From the NCBI RefSeq assembly GCF_000737315.1, contig NZ_JMCB01000002.1:558001-622000 (forward strand): 64,000 nucleotides of DNA. The letters run 5' to 3'. This stretch comes from Hyalangium minutum (lineage in GTDB: Bacteria > Myxococcota > Myxococcia > Myxococcales > Myxococcaceae). The notes below the pieces were generated by a model, which was not told the origin of the DNA, did no database searches, and saw only the letters and a program-made list of their open reading frames with translations. Below, piece by piece: positions 17,598-26,486 of the stretch (position 1 is its first letter; each line of letters begins with the position of its first letter). Made by a program: the position numbers and the translations under genes.

Positions 17598-20500
17598 CTA
17601 CGGCTTGGGCGCGATGGACACCTTCACGCCGTCCTGCCACGTCTTGTGCTCGTCCGCGTAATAAAGGTACGCGCGGCTGGCCGGGCCCGTGTAGGTGCCG
17701 GGCACCGCCGCCACCAGGGACAGCGGCACGTCCAGCTTCTTCCGCGGCTCCATGCCTCGCCAGTAGAGCACCACGTCGCGGCCGATCACCTCGTACGCGT
17801 CCACCGTCTTCTTCTTTACCAGCTCCTTGAGCTGGTCGTGCCGCACCTCGAGCCCGCCCGGCACTCCGAAGATGGCCACCGCCGTGGGCAGCTGCTCGTC
17901 TGTCTTGTTGGAGACCAGCACCCGCGCCTCGGTGGGCTCGCCCTCGGTCAGCGCGTTCTTCGCCAGCGAGACTTCCAGCGCCACCTTCGTCTCCGGCGAG
18001 CTGTCCGGCTTCAGCGCGTTGTAAGTCACTTCGATGGAGTAGGGCAGCTCCGCGCCGCCCTCCATCCGCAGCTCGATCTTCCGCTCGCCCGGGATGATGA
18101 GCTCGGCAATGTCCGGCAGCTTGATGGCCTCCTGCGCCGAGGGCTCGAACTTCACCGCGCTGCCCACCGGCTGGCCGTTCACGTACACCCGCACCGCGCC
18201 GCCCGAGCGCTTCGCCGCCCGCGCCTTGTCGTAGGCCACGATGGCGCGCAGCGCCAGCACCGTGCTCTGCGTGGAGCCGTACCGCCCACCGTCACACGAG
18301 CTCGCCAGGAACTTCATCGAGCGCTCCACGTTCGCCGCGAAGGCCGGGTCTCTCAGCCACGCCAGCGTTGCCAGAGCGGTGGTCTCGATTTGCAGCGTTT
18401 CGCCCATGCTGCCCACGATGGACTGCGTGCCGCCCTCCACCACGCCCTCCTTGCTCTGCTTGGCCGCCAGCCGCTCCATCAGCTTCTTGGCCTCCCCCCC
18501 CTCCCCGGACAGCGAGAGGGCGTTGGCCGCCAGCGCCACCACGTAGCTGTTCTTGCTGTCCGCCGCCGCCCGCCGCAGCGAGGACAGCTCCTTCGACAGC
18601 TCCTTCACCATGTCCGCCGTCTTCGGAGCGCTCTCCAGCAGCGCCCAGGTGATGTACGCGTTCGAGGTGTCGCGGTCCTCGATCCACACGTGCAGGGCGC
18701 GGCGCTTGCGCTCGAAGCCGCCCTTGCCGTCGCGCTGCTTGAGCAGCCACTCGCGCGAGCGGGTCAGCATCGCCGAGTCCACCTCGCGCACCTGCTGCAT
18801 GTCCCCGAAGTGCAGCAGGCCGAACGCCGTGAGCGCCTCGTGGCCCGGGGCCTCGCCGAACCACTCGTAGCCCTTCTCCTTCGTCTCGAAGCCCACCAGC
18901 CGCTGGTAGCCCCGCTCCAGTTTCTCGCGTGCCGAGGCCACCAGCTTCGGATCCACCCCGCTGTGCGTCTGGAAGTACTGCTGCGCCATCGTCATCGGGT
19001 ACGTCGTGGAGCTCGTCTGCTCGAAGCAGCCCGAGGGCTCCTGGATGAGCCGCGACAGGGACTCGGTCATGTTCGCCAGCGGGCTCGGGTACACCACGAC
19101 GGACGCCTTCACGCTGCCGCGCACCGTGTTGGCCGGCAGCGTCACCGTGTGCACCGCTGGCGCCTTCGCCGACACCCTCCCGCCGAACGACGCCGTGATG
19201 GGGAAGCCGTTGGGCTTGATGACCAGGGCCCGCTGCACCTTGTCCGCGTAGTCCCCCGCTGTCGCCGCCAGCGTCAGGTCGATGGGCTTGGACTCCTGGC
19301 CGATCTTCAGCTCGATGATGCGCCGGGCGCGCTCCTTCGCCGCCAGATCCACCGCGCCCAGCGTCGTGGCGCGCACGTCGCCCTTGAAGTCGAGCTTCAC
19401 GCCCACGCCCTTCAGCGCGGAGGACGTGCCGTTCACCAGCGCCACCGGCAGCTGGACCACGTCGCCCGAGGTGACCTCCAGGGGAATCTTGGGCTCCACA
19501 TAGAAGGGCTGCACGGACTCGATGGACGCCACCGCCGAGCCCAGCACGCCGTCGCTGCCCACCGCTCCGGCGAACGCCTTGAACGAGGTGACCGAGTCGT
19601 TCAGGCCGAACTGGACCTTGGCCTCGCCCGTCTTTGGGTTCGTGCGCACGCCCGCGTTCCAGTAGAGCGTCTCCGAGAAGTCCACGCGGTCTCCCGCCTT
19701 CCGGCCCGGCCGCACCGTGTGCGCGTATACGCGGAAGTAGACCTCCTGCTGGTCGTAGGGCATCAACTCATCGGCTAGGGCCTCATGATCCGCCGCGATC
19801 TTTCGCTCCAGCCGCTGAGCCCGGTTCGCCTTGCGCGCTGCCTCGGCCATGTTGCGGTCCTCTTGTTGGCGCACCGGCTGGGCTGGCATCACCTGGCCCA
19901 TGGGAGCAGGCGGAGGCGGAGGCGGAGCGGGCGGCGGCGGGGCAGGAGGTGCCACGGCCACGGGCGGAGCCGCCATGGCGGGCGCGGGCCTCGGAGGCGG
20001 CCTCCCGCCCCGAGGCGCGTCATCGAAGTCGGCGCCTGCGGCCGCGAGCTCCGCCACCACCGCGGAAGTCGGAGCAGGCACCTGGGGCACGCGCACCGCG
20101 AACACCCGGCGGGCCAGGTCGCCGTGCTGCTCCACGAAGCTCACGGGATTCGCCAGCGCGAACCGCCGCCAGCCCTGCGTGCCGAGCAGCAGGTCCACCG
20201 CCGGCTTCGCCTTCGGGTTCTTCTCGTCCAGGTACACCTGCGCGTCGGCCAGCTCCTTCACCTCGGGCTCCAGCAGCACCATCACCGGCAGCTGGGGCGC
20301 CTGGTCGCGCTTCTCGATGAGCTCCAGCACCGCGTCATCCGTCACGGTGAGCATCACCAAGGCGGACACGGGCTTGCCGTCCCGCGTCGTCCGGGCGGTG
20401 AGCTGCACCGAGTCCCCCGGCACGTAGCTGGCCTTGTCCAGCTTCACCTCGACGTCGAGCGCCTTGGCTGGCTGGCGGAACACGAGCCGCTCCGCCAGGG

Positions 20501-21737
20501 GGCGCCCGTCGTGGTCCCACACCGTGGCGATGAGCACGCCGTCCGCGTCCTTGGGATCCAGCGTCACCTGACCCTGCGAGCCCACCTCGGCGGACGCCAG
20601 CTCCACCTCCTGCTTGCTCAGCGTCACCTTCGCCTTGCTCAGCCCCGAGAGCGCCACGGAGAGCGTCACCGGCTTGCCCGCCGCCGCCACGTCCTCGCCC
20701 GAGCGCAGCACGGCGCCCTTCGCCTTCGCCTCCGGCAGCGGAAAGCGCTTCTGGATGCCCGAGGGCTGGTCGATGCGCAGCGCGTACTTCGCGCCCGTCT
20801 TCGGAGTGAACTCGAAGCGGCCGCGGCCCTCGTGCTCGGAGCGCACCGAGGCCACCACCTGCCCGCTGGCCAGATCCACCACCGCGCCCACCAGGTCCGC
20901 GGGCTTCTGCGCCGGCGTCTTCGCCTCGAAGTAGACGCGCGAGGGCAGCCCCGCCACCAGGTCGCCGCCCTCCGGGTAGAAGGACAGGTCCAACGTCTGC
21001 AGCAGGATGGGGATCGTCTTGGCCGCTGTCTCCACCACGCCGCCGTCCTCGATGGAGAAGGCCAGCGAGCCCTCGCCGCGCTCGATGCGGGTGGGTAGCT
21101 TGAAGCTCACCGTGCACAGCCCCTTGTCGTTCACGGTGCCGGACACCTGCGCCGCGGTAGCGCCGTCCACCAGGGCGATGGCGGTCACCTTGGCGCCCGC
21201 GGGCACTCCGCCCTCGGCGCGCTTCACGTCCAGCGTGGCCGTCACGGTGTCACCCGGGCCGTAGCCATCCCGGAGGAACTCGATCTGCGACTTGAGCCGT
21301 GGGGCCCGGTAGGCGCGCACGTCGAACTTCCGCTCCGCGGGCGCGTCTCCCGTCCAGGGGTAGTTGACCCTCAGCGTGTACTCGCCGCCGGGCTGATCCG
21401 CGGGGATGGTCCACGCGTAGCCCCACACCGAGTCCTCCGTGCTCACCCTCGCGGAGGTGACCACGTCGCCCTTGGGCCCGCGGATCTCCAGCTGCGCTTG
21501 ATAAGGAGACGGGTTCAGCGTGTGGCGCACCGCTTCGAGCATCAGGCCGCGCGCCAGCACCTGCTCTCCGGGGCGGTACAGCGGCTTGTCCGTGGAGACA
21601 TAGGTACGGAAGCGGTTCGCGCCTCCCAGCGAGCCCGCGTCCGCCTTCGTGACGAGTACCTGATGAAAGGTGACAGGGACGGCCAGGCTCACGGTGAGCA
21701 TTGCCACGAGCACACGGGGAGTGAGTTCAACGAGCAT
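17598..21737 (-). CDS. Secreted alpha-2-macroglobulin/thioester-containing protein (MG2, bait region, TED, receptor-binding-like domain)
   Basis: TDKPLYRPG (MG2), FSETLYWN, Pro-rich bait region, PSGCFEQ thioester motif, YGSTQST, C-terminal receptor-binding-like domain; N-terminal hydrophobic signal without a lipobox. Confidence 0.9.
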   Translation of the reverse strand: MLVELTPRVLVAMLTVSLAVPVTFHQVLVTKADAGSLGGANRFRTYVSTDKPLYRPGEQVLARGLMLEAVRHTLNPSPYQAQLEIRGPKGDVVTSARVSTEDSVWGYAWTIPADQPGGEYTLRVNYPWTGDAPAERKFDVRAYRAPRLKSQIEFLRDGYGPGDTVTATLDVKRAEGGVPAGAKVTAIALVDGATAAQVSGTVNDKGLCTVSFKLPTRIERGEGSLAFSIEDGGVVETAAKTIPILLQTLDLSFYPEGGDLVAGLPSRVYFEAKTPAQKPADLVGAVVDLASGQVVASVRSEHEGRGRFEFTPKTGAKYALRIDQPSGIQKRFPLPEAKAKGAVLRSGEDVAAAGKPVTLSVALSGLSKAKVTLSKQEVELASAEVGSQGQVTLDPKDADGVLIATVWDHDGRPLAERLVFRQPAKALDVEVKLDKASYVPGDSVQLTARTTRDGKPVSALVMLTVTDDAVLELIEKRDQAPQLPVMVLLEPEVKELADAQVYLDEKNPKAKPAVDLLLGTQGWRRFALANPVSFVEQHGDLARRVFAVRVPQVPAPTSAVVAELAAAGADFDDAPRGGRPPPRPAPAMAAPPVAVAPPAPPPPAPPPPPPAPMGQVMPAQPVRQQEDRNMAEAARKANRAQRLERKIAADHEALADELMPYDQQEVYFRVYAHTVRPGRKAGDRVDFSETLYWNAGVRTNPKTGEAKVQFGLNDSVTSFKAFAGAVGSDGVLGSAVASIESVQPFYVEPKIPLEVTSGDVVQLPVALVNGTSSALKGVGVKLDFKGDVRATTLGAVDLAAKERARRIIELKIGQESKPIDLTLAATAGDYADKVQRALVIKPNGFPITASFGGRVSAKAPAVHTVTLPANTVRGSVKASVVVYPSPLANMTESLSRLIQEPSGCFEQTSSTTYPMTMAQQYFQTHSGVDPKLVASAREKLERGYQRLVGFETKEKGYEWFGEAPGHEALTAFGLLHFGDMQQVREVDSAMLTRSREWLLKQRDGKGGFERKRRALHVWIEDRDTSNAYITWALLESAPKTADMVKELSKELSSLRRAAADSKNSYVVALAANALSLSGEGGEAKKLMERLAAKQSKEGVVEGGTQSIVGSMGETLQIETTALATLAWLRDPAFAANVERSMKFLASSCDGGRYGSTQSTVLALRAIVAYDKARAAKRSGGAVRVYVNGQPVGSAVKFEPSAQEAIKLPDIAELIIPGERKIELRMEGGAELPYSIEVTYNALKPDSSPETKVALEVSLAKNALTEGEPTEARVLVSNKTDEQLPTAVAIFGVPGGLEVRHDQLKELVKKKTVDAYEVIGRDVVLYWRGMEPRKKLDVPLSLVAAVPGTYTGPASRAYLYYADEHKTWQDGVKVSIAPKP

Positions 21738-22000
21738 GAGGGTTCCCGGAAGAGGAGAGAGACGAGCGTCGCCGAGGAACGGGCCAGCTCGCAGAAAGTT
21801 CTCAGCGGCCCGCTCTGGGCGAGTCCTTCGAATGCCCCTTGCTTCTCAAAGCATGGATTGGCATTTCTGTTTTAACTGGTTTCAGGGGCCAGGGTCCCGC
21901 ATGACGCCTTTTGCCTCGCGTGAGGCAATCTGCCTCAAACGCCCCAAGCCTCCCTCCAGACGCTGAGTGCCAGCGATTCCCGAGGCTTGCTGGGACAGGC

Positions 22001-22017
22001 TGTAAACACCTGATACA
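22001..22017. promoter_or_regulatory. Putative enhancer (UAS) for a sigma54 activator
   Basis: TGT-N11-ACA (TGTAAACACCTGATACA), about 90 bp upstream of a -24/-12 element. Confidence 0.4.
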
Positions 22018-22105
22018 TTTTTCGCATGAGGCTGTGAGACATGCATGTGCCAGCCCTTTGGGGAAGGTGCACGCCAACCGCCTGAATTACGAGGATTTTT
22101 GGGAT

Positions 22106-22121
22106 TGGCCCGGTCCCTGCT
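22106..22121 (+). promoter_or_regulatory. Putative sigma54 (-24/-12) promoter of the M4 protease gene
   Basis: TGGCCCGGTCCCTGCT: GG-N10-GC spacing, close to TGGCACG-N4-TTGCT, about 50 bp before the start. Confidence 0.55.
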
Positions 22122-22171
22122 TTGTCCGGAGCGTTCCATCGGCGCCTCGCCGTGGACAGGAGGATCCCCCA

Positions 22172-24079
22172 TTGGTTCGCAATCGCATCGTTGCTGCTCT
22201 GCTCGCCACTCTCCCGCTCGCTGCCTGCGAGATGGCTGACCCCGACACCGCTGCTCCGGGGACGGAGAAGGTAGATGAGCTGGCGATCGGAGATGTGCAG
22301 TCCGCGCTCGCGGCGCTGCCGAGCGCCCGCGTGCTGGGCACTCACGCCAACGGCGTTCCCTACATGCTCGACGGCCGCCTGGGCACGGCGTCCGGCTCGG
22401 TGCAGGGGCTGGCGGGGCTGAACGCGAGCGACCAGGTGAGCCAGGCGCTCGCGAGCATCGCTCCGGCGTTCCGGCTGAACGCTTCGGATCTGGCCGTGCG
22501 CCGCGTCCGCACGGATGAGCAGGGCGTCACCCACATCCGCTACGCGCAGCTGAAGAACGGCCTGCCGGTGGTGGGCGAGGAGCTCATCCTCCACGTGAAC
22601 AAGGACGGCGCCATCGTCGCGGCCAACGGCACGGCGCGCGACGGCGAGCTGGTTCCCTCCAAGCCGGCCATCTCCGCGCTGGCGGCGGTGTCCGCGGCCC
22701 TGCGCTCCACGGTGGGCCGTCACATCGAGACCGAGGGCGAGGCGCGCCTGGTGTACCTGCGCACCGGCTCGGACGAGAAGCTGAAGCTGGCCTACGAGCA
22801 GATGGTGGTGGGCGAGGGCCAGGAGCTGCCCATCCGCGAGCGCGTGTACGTGAGCGCGGCGGACGGCTCCATCCTGGAGCGCCGCACGGAGATCTTCGCG
22901 GCGCTCAACCGCGCGCTGTACAGCGCCAACAACGGCACCTCGCTGCCGGGCACGCTCAAGCGCTCCGAGGGCGGTGCGGCCACGGGTGACAACCACGTGG
23001 ACACCAACTACGCGAAGCTGGGCGGCACCTACAACTGCTACAAGAACAACTTCAACCGCGACTCGTACAACAACGCGGGCGCGCAGCTGAAGAGCACGGT
23101 GCACTACAGCAGCAACTACGTGAACGCCTACTGGAACGGCACCCAGATGGTGTACGGCGATGGCGACGGCGTGAACAGCACCCAGCTGGGCCTGGACGCG
23201 GACGTCACCACGCACGAGCTGACGCACGCGGTGACCAGCTCCGAGTCCAACCTCACGTACTCGGGTGAGTCCGGCGGCCTGAACGAGGCCATGTCCGACA
23301 TCTTCGGCGCCTACTGCGAGAGCTACGACAGCGGCACCTGGAGCACCGGCGCGGACATCTGGAAGGTCGGCGAGGACATCTGGACCCCGTCCACCGCGGG
23401 TGACGCGCTCCGCTACATGGACGACCCGGCCAAGGACGGCGTGTCCAAGGACTTCTGGGTGTCGGGCGTCGGCAGCGCGGACGTGCACTACACCTCGGGC
23501 ATCGCGAACCTGGCGTTCAAGCTGCTGTCCACGGGCGGTACGCACCCGCGCGGCAAGTCCACCGTCAGCGTGACGGGCATCGGCGTGCAGAAGGCCGGCG
23601 CCATCTTCTACAAGGCCAACGTGGACCTGATGACGGCCTCCACCACCTTCGCCCAGGCGAAGACGTACACGGAGCAGGCGGCGGCCTCGCTGGGCTACAC
23701 GACGGCGGAGCAGGCCTCGGTGTCTGCGGCGTGGCAGGCGGTGGGCGTGGGCGCGCCCATCACCGCCATCGCGCTGACCAACGGCGTGGCGAAGACCGGC
23801 CTGGCGGGCTCCACGGGCTCGCAGACGTTCTACTCGCTGGCGGTTCCCTCGGGGAAGGCCGTGACCTTCGCGATGAGCGGTGGCACGGGTGACGCGGACA
23901 TGTACGTGAAGTTCGGCGCGCTGCCGACCACCACCGCGTACGACTGCCGCCCGTACCTCTCCGGCAACGCCGAGACGTGCAACATCGCGGCGAAGACCAC
24001 CGCGGGCACGTTCTACATCATGCTGAACGGCTACAGCACGTACTCGGGCGTCTCGCTCAAGGGCTCCTACACGCCGTGA
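22172..24079 (+). CDS. M4 family metallopeptidase lipoprotein with a C-terminal PPC domain
   Basis: TTG start after a GGAGG SD; LPLAAC lipobox; HELTH, GGLNEAMSD, DVHYTSG; PPC domain (GGTGDADMYVK, YDCRPY). Confidence 0.92.
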   Translation: MVRNRIVAALLATLPLAACEMADPDTAAPGTEKVDELAIGDVQSALAALPSARVLGTHANGVPYMLDGRLGTASGSVQGLAGLNASDQVSQALASIAPAFRLNASDLAVRRVRTDEQGVTHIRYAQLKNGLPVVGEELILHVNKDGAIVAANGTARDGELVPSKPAISALAAVSAALRSTVGRHIETEGEARLVYLRTGSDEKLKLAYEQMVVGEGQELPIRERVYVSAADGSILERRTEIFAALNRALYSANNGTSLPGTLKRSEGGAATGDNHVDTNYAKLGGTYNCYKNNFNRDSYNNAGAQLKSTVHYSSNYVNAYWNGTQMVYGDGDGVNSTQLGLDADVTTHELTHAVTSSESNLTYSGESGGLNEAMSDIFGAYCESYDSGTWSTGADIWKVGEDIWTPSTAGDALRYMDDPAKDGVSKDFWVSGVGSADVHYTSGIANLAFKLLSTGGTHPRGKSTVSVTGIGVQKAGAIFYKANVDLMTASTTFAQAKTYTEQAAASLGYTTAEQASVSAAWQAVGVGAPITAIALTNGVAKTGLAGSTGSQTFYSLAVPSGKAVTFAMSGGTGDADMYVKFGALPTTTAYDCRPYLSGNAETCNIAAKTTAGTFYIMLNGYSTYSGVSLKGSYTP

Positions 24080-24105
24080 TGTGCTGAGCGCTAACTGAGT
24101 GACTG

Positions 24106-24143
24106 CACCCCCGGGGGATTCTCCTCCCCGGGGGTGTTTCATT
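24106..24143 (+). terminator. Rho-independent terminator
   Basis: Perfect 11-bp stem CACCCCCGGGG-N9-CCCCGGGGGTG followed by TTTCATT, just after the protease stop. Confidence 0.7.
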
Positions 24144-24215
24144 TGCGGGGGAACGCTGCGCGGGGAGCTGCTTCTCACGCTGACGCGGCCCTACGCCAGA
24201 GGTAGGCTGCTGCTC

Positions 24216-25619
24216 ATGGACCTTCCCCCCTTCCAGGCATCGCACCCGGCCCTGCTCCCTCCGGGGACGGTGATAGGGGACTGGCGCGTGGAGGACTGGG
24301 CAGGCCGCGGCGTCTACGGCGCCGTCTACCGCGCGGCGCCGCTGCGAGCGGGGCCCGTCGCACCCGTGGCCCTCAAGATGGCGGTGCATTCAGAGGATCC
24401 CCGCTTCGTCCGGGAGGTGGAGCTGCTCTCCCGCTGCGACCACCCGAGCATTCCGAGGCTGTTGGGGCAGGGCTCGTGGCAGTCGCCCTCGGGCACCGTG
24501 TACCCTTTCTATGTCATGCAGTGGGTGGAGGGCGTGCGGCTGTACGCACAAGCCCGGCGCCACCCTGTCACTCCGGAGCAGGTGCGGCGCTGGCTGGCCC
24601 AGCTTGCGAGCGCCCTTGCAGTCCTGCATGCCCAGGGCGCCGTCCACCGCGACCTGAAAGGGGACAACGTGCTGGTGCGCCGCGCCGACGGGCGGGCCGT
24701 GCTCATGGACTTCGGCACGTGCTTCTACCCCGGGGCCGCCACGCTCACACCCCCGCTGGGGTTCCCTGGCACGCCGGCCTACCGCGCTCCCGAGTCCTGG
24801 CTCTTCGAGCTGCAATTCGAGCGCGACGCGATGGCCCGCTACCGCGCCACTCCGGCCGATGACCTCTACGCCCTGGGAGTCACCGCGTGCAGGCTCCTCA
24901 CGGGCGAGTACGCCGAGCCGGCCAACGCCTTCCAGGATGAGCACGGCACGTGGCACTTCGAACGAGTCGTGACACCGCCCGGGTTCCAGGATGACTCCCG
25001 GGTGGAGCCTTCGCTGCGCGCCGTGGTTCTGCGGTTGCTGTCGCTGCGTCCCGAGCAGCGAGGCACCGCGGAGCAACTGGCCGCCGAGCTGGAACAGGCT
25101 ACCGGGCCCCACAAGCCTGCGCAGCCCGTACGCGTCACAGTCCCTGAAATGCGAAAGTCTCTCGCCCGGCGGAGGTGGCCCTGGGCCGCCTTGGCCGCGG
25201 CGAGCGGGGGGTTGGCCGTGTGCGTATGGCCGGACGCTTCCCGTGAGTGGCTGGAGAAGGTGACCCTCGCCTGCATCGCCCCCGCCGGAGGGGACTCGCC
25301 GAGTCCGAGTACCAAGACACGAGGGCTCGCGGAGGAAGCAGCGGCCACATCCACGCAGCCAGCGCCTGCGGCTTCACCTCCGGACGGAATCGCCGAGGAC
25401 ACGCCGCCCAAGCCCCTGCTAGGGCAAACGCGGCCGGATGAGAAGGGGCGCTGTCCTCGCAGGTGGCAGGTCTCCCTCAATGGAGCTTGCTGGGCACAGT
25501 TCGCGCATGAGCGCGAGGCGTGTGATCTCATCAACGGGCAGATGTTCAAGGGCCTCTGCTACGTGCCAGTTCTTCTTCCGGGACGTAGCCCCACCTCCAG
25601 CCCCACGAACAACCCCTGA
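24216..25619 (+). CDS. Hanks-type Ser/Thr protein kinase with TM segment and Cys-containing C-terminal domain
   Basis: GRGVYG, VALK, HRDLKGDN, DFG, APE and DLYALG motifs; TM WPWAALAAASGGLAVCVW. Confidence 0.9.
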   Translation: MDLPPFQASHPALLPPGTVIGDWRVEDWAGRGVYGAVYRAAPLRAGPVAPVALKMAVHSEDPRFVREVELLSRCDHPSIPRLLGQGSWQSPSGTVYPFYVMQWVEGVRLYAQARRHPVTPEQVRRWLAQLASALAVLHAQGAVHRDLKGDNVLVRRADGRAVLMDFGTCFYPGAATLTPPLGFPGTPAYRAPESWLFELQFERDAMARYRATPADDLYALGVTACRLLTGEYAEPANAFQDEHGTWHFERVVTPPGFQDDSRVEPSLRAVVLRLLSLRPEQRGTAEQLAAELEQATGPHKPAQPVRVTVPEMRKSLARRRWPWAALAAASGGLAVCVWPDASREWLEKVTLACIAPAGGDSPSPSTKTRGLAEEAAATSTQPAPAASPPDGIAEDTPPKPLLGQTRPDEKGRCPRRWQVSLNGACWAQFAHEREACDLINGQMFKGLCYVPVLLPGRSPTSSPTNNP

Positions 25620-25679
25620 GCGCCACTGCAGTCCATGATGCAGGGTGTTTCATCTGTGGGAGCGCGCTAGGGTGGTGTC

Positions 25680-26486
25680 ATGAAGCTCGTTGCCAGCGTG
25701 AAGACACCGGCGGACGCGGAGGGCGCGGCGGTGGCGCTCGCGAAGGCGCTGGGCTTGAGCCTCGCCGAGGCGCGCATCCGCCTGGCACCCGAGCCGCCCG
25801 CCATCCTCGCCCAGCTTGCGCCCGAGTCCGCCGATGCGCTGGTGGCCTCGCTGCGGCAGGTGGGGCTGGCGGCGCTTGCGCTGGAAGCAACAGGGCCAGC
25901 AGAGGGGCTGCGGGTGGTGGCACGCACGGCGGTGCTGGGGCCCACGAAAGGCACATTCCAGGCGCGCACAGGAGCTCCGGTGGAGCTGCCGTGGAGCGAG
26001 GTGATCAGCATCCTTCGGGGCTCCAGCACGGTGCGCTCGGAGACGGAGAGCACCCAGAAGTCATCGAAGTTCTCCCTGGCGACGGCCATCGCCACCCAGG
26101 GGCTGAAGATGTCGCGGACGCAGGAGAAGACGGCGCGCTCGCAGCAGGAAGACACCGAGCAGGCCATCCTGGTGCACGGCCGCCAAGGCCAGCGTGTGGT
26201 GCTGCGCGAGCGCGAGCTGGACTTCGCGTGCCTGCACGCGGCGATGCAGCCCACCCGGACGGCCAACATGCTGGCGCTGGCGAAGCTGCTCAAGGAGCGG
26301 TCCCCCACGGCCTTCTATGACGAGCGCCTGTTGCGCCTGGGCCGGCGCCCGCTGCCGATGTTCGTCGGCGGAGAGACGCGCGAGCAGAGCGGTGGAGTGT
26401 CGCAGACGCGCCTGGACACCGCTGGAGGCATGGAGGTGCTCGCGGAGATCCTCACGCGCGCGGTCGAGGAGCGGCTCCTACCGTGA
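25680..26486 (+). CDS. Hypothetical protein
   Basis: 268-aa ORF with strong GC3 bias and a plausible SD; no motif recognised. Confidence 0.7.
   Translation: MKLVASVKTPADAEGAAVALAKALGLSLAEARIRLAPEPPAILAQLAPESADALVASLRQVGLAALALEATGPAEGLRVVARTAVLGPTKGTFQARTGAPVELPWSEVISILRGSSTVRSETESTQKSSKFSLATAIATQGLKMSRTQEKTARSQQEDTEQAILVHGRQGQRVVLRERELDFACLHAAMQPTRTANMLALAKLLKERSPTAFYDERLLRLGRRPLPMFVGGETREQSGGVSQTRLDTAGGMEVLAEILTRAVEERLLP

Noticed and set aside
19900-20020. GGCGGA/GGCGGC low-complexity run as a possible microsatellite or contingency locus
   Set aside because: It encodes the poly-Pro bait region, is imperfect and stays in frame.
24216-25619. Kinase as a possible pseudokinase
   Set aside because: The Gly loop, Lys, HRD, DFG and APE motifs are all present; it is an ordinary myxobacterial Ser/Thr kinase.
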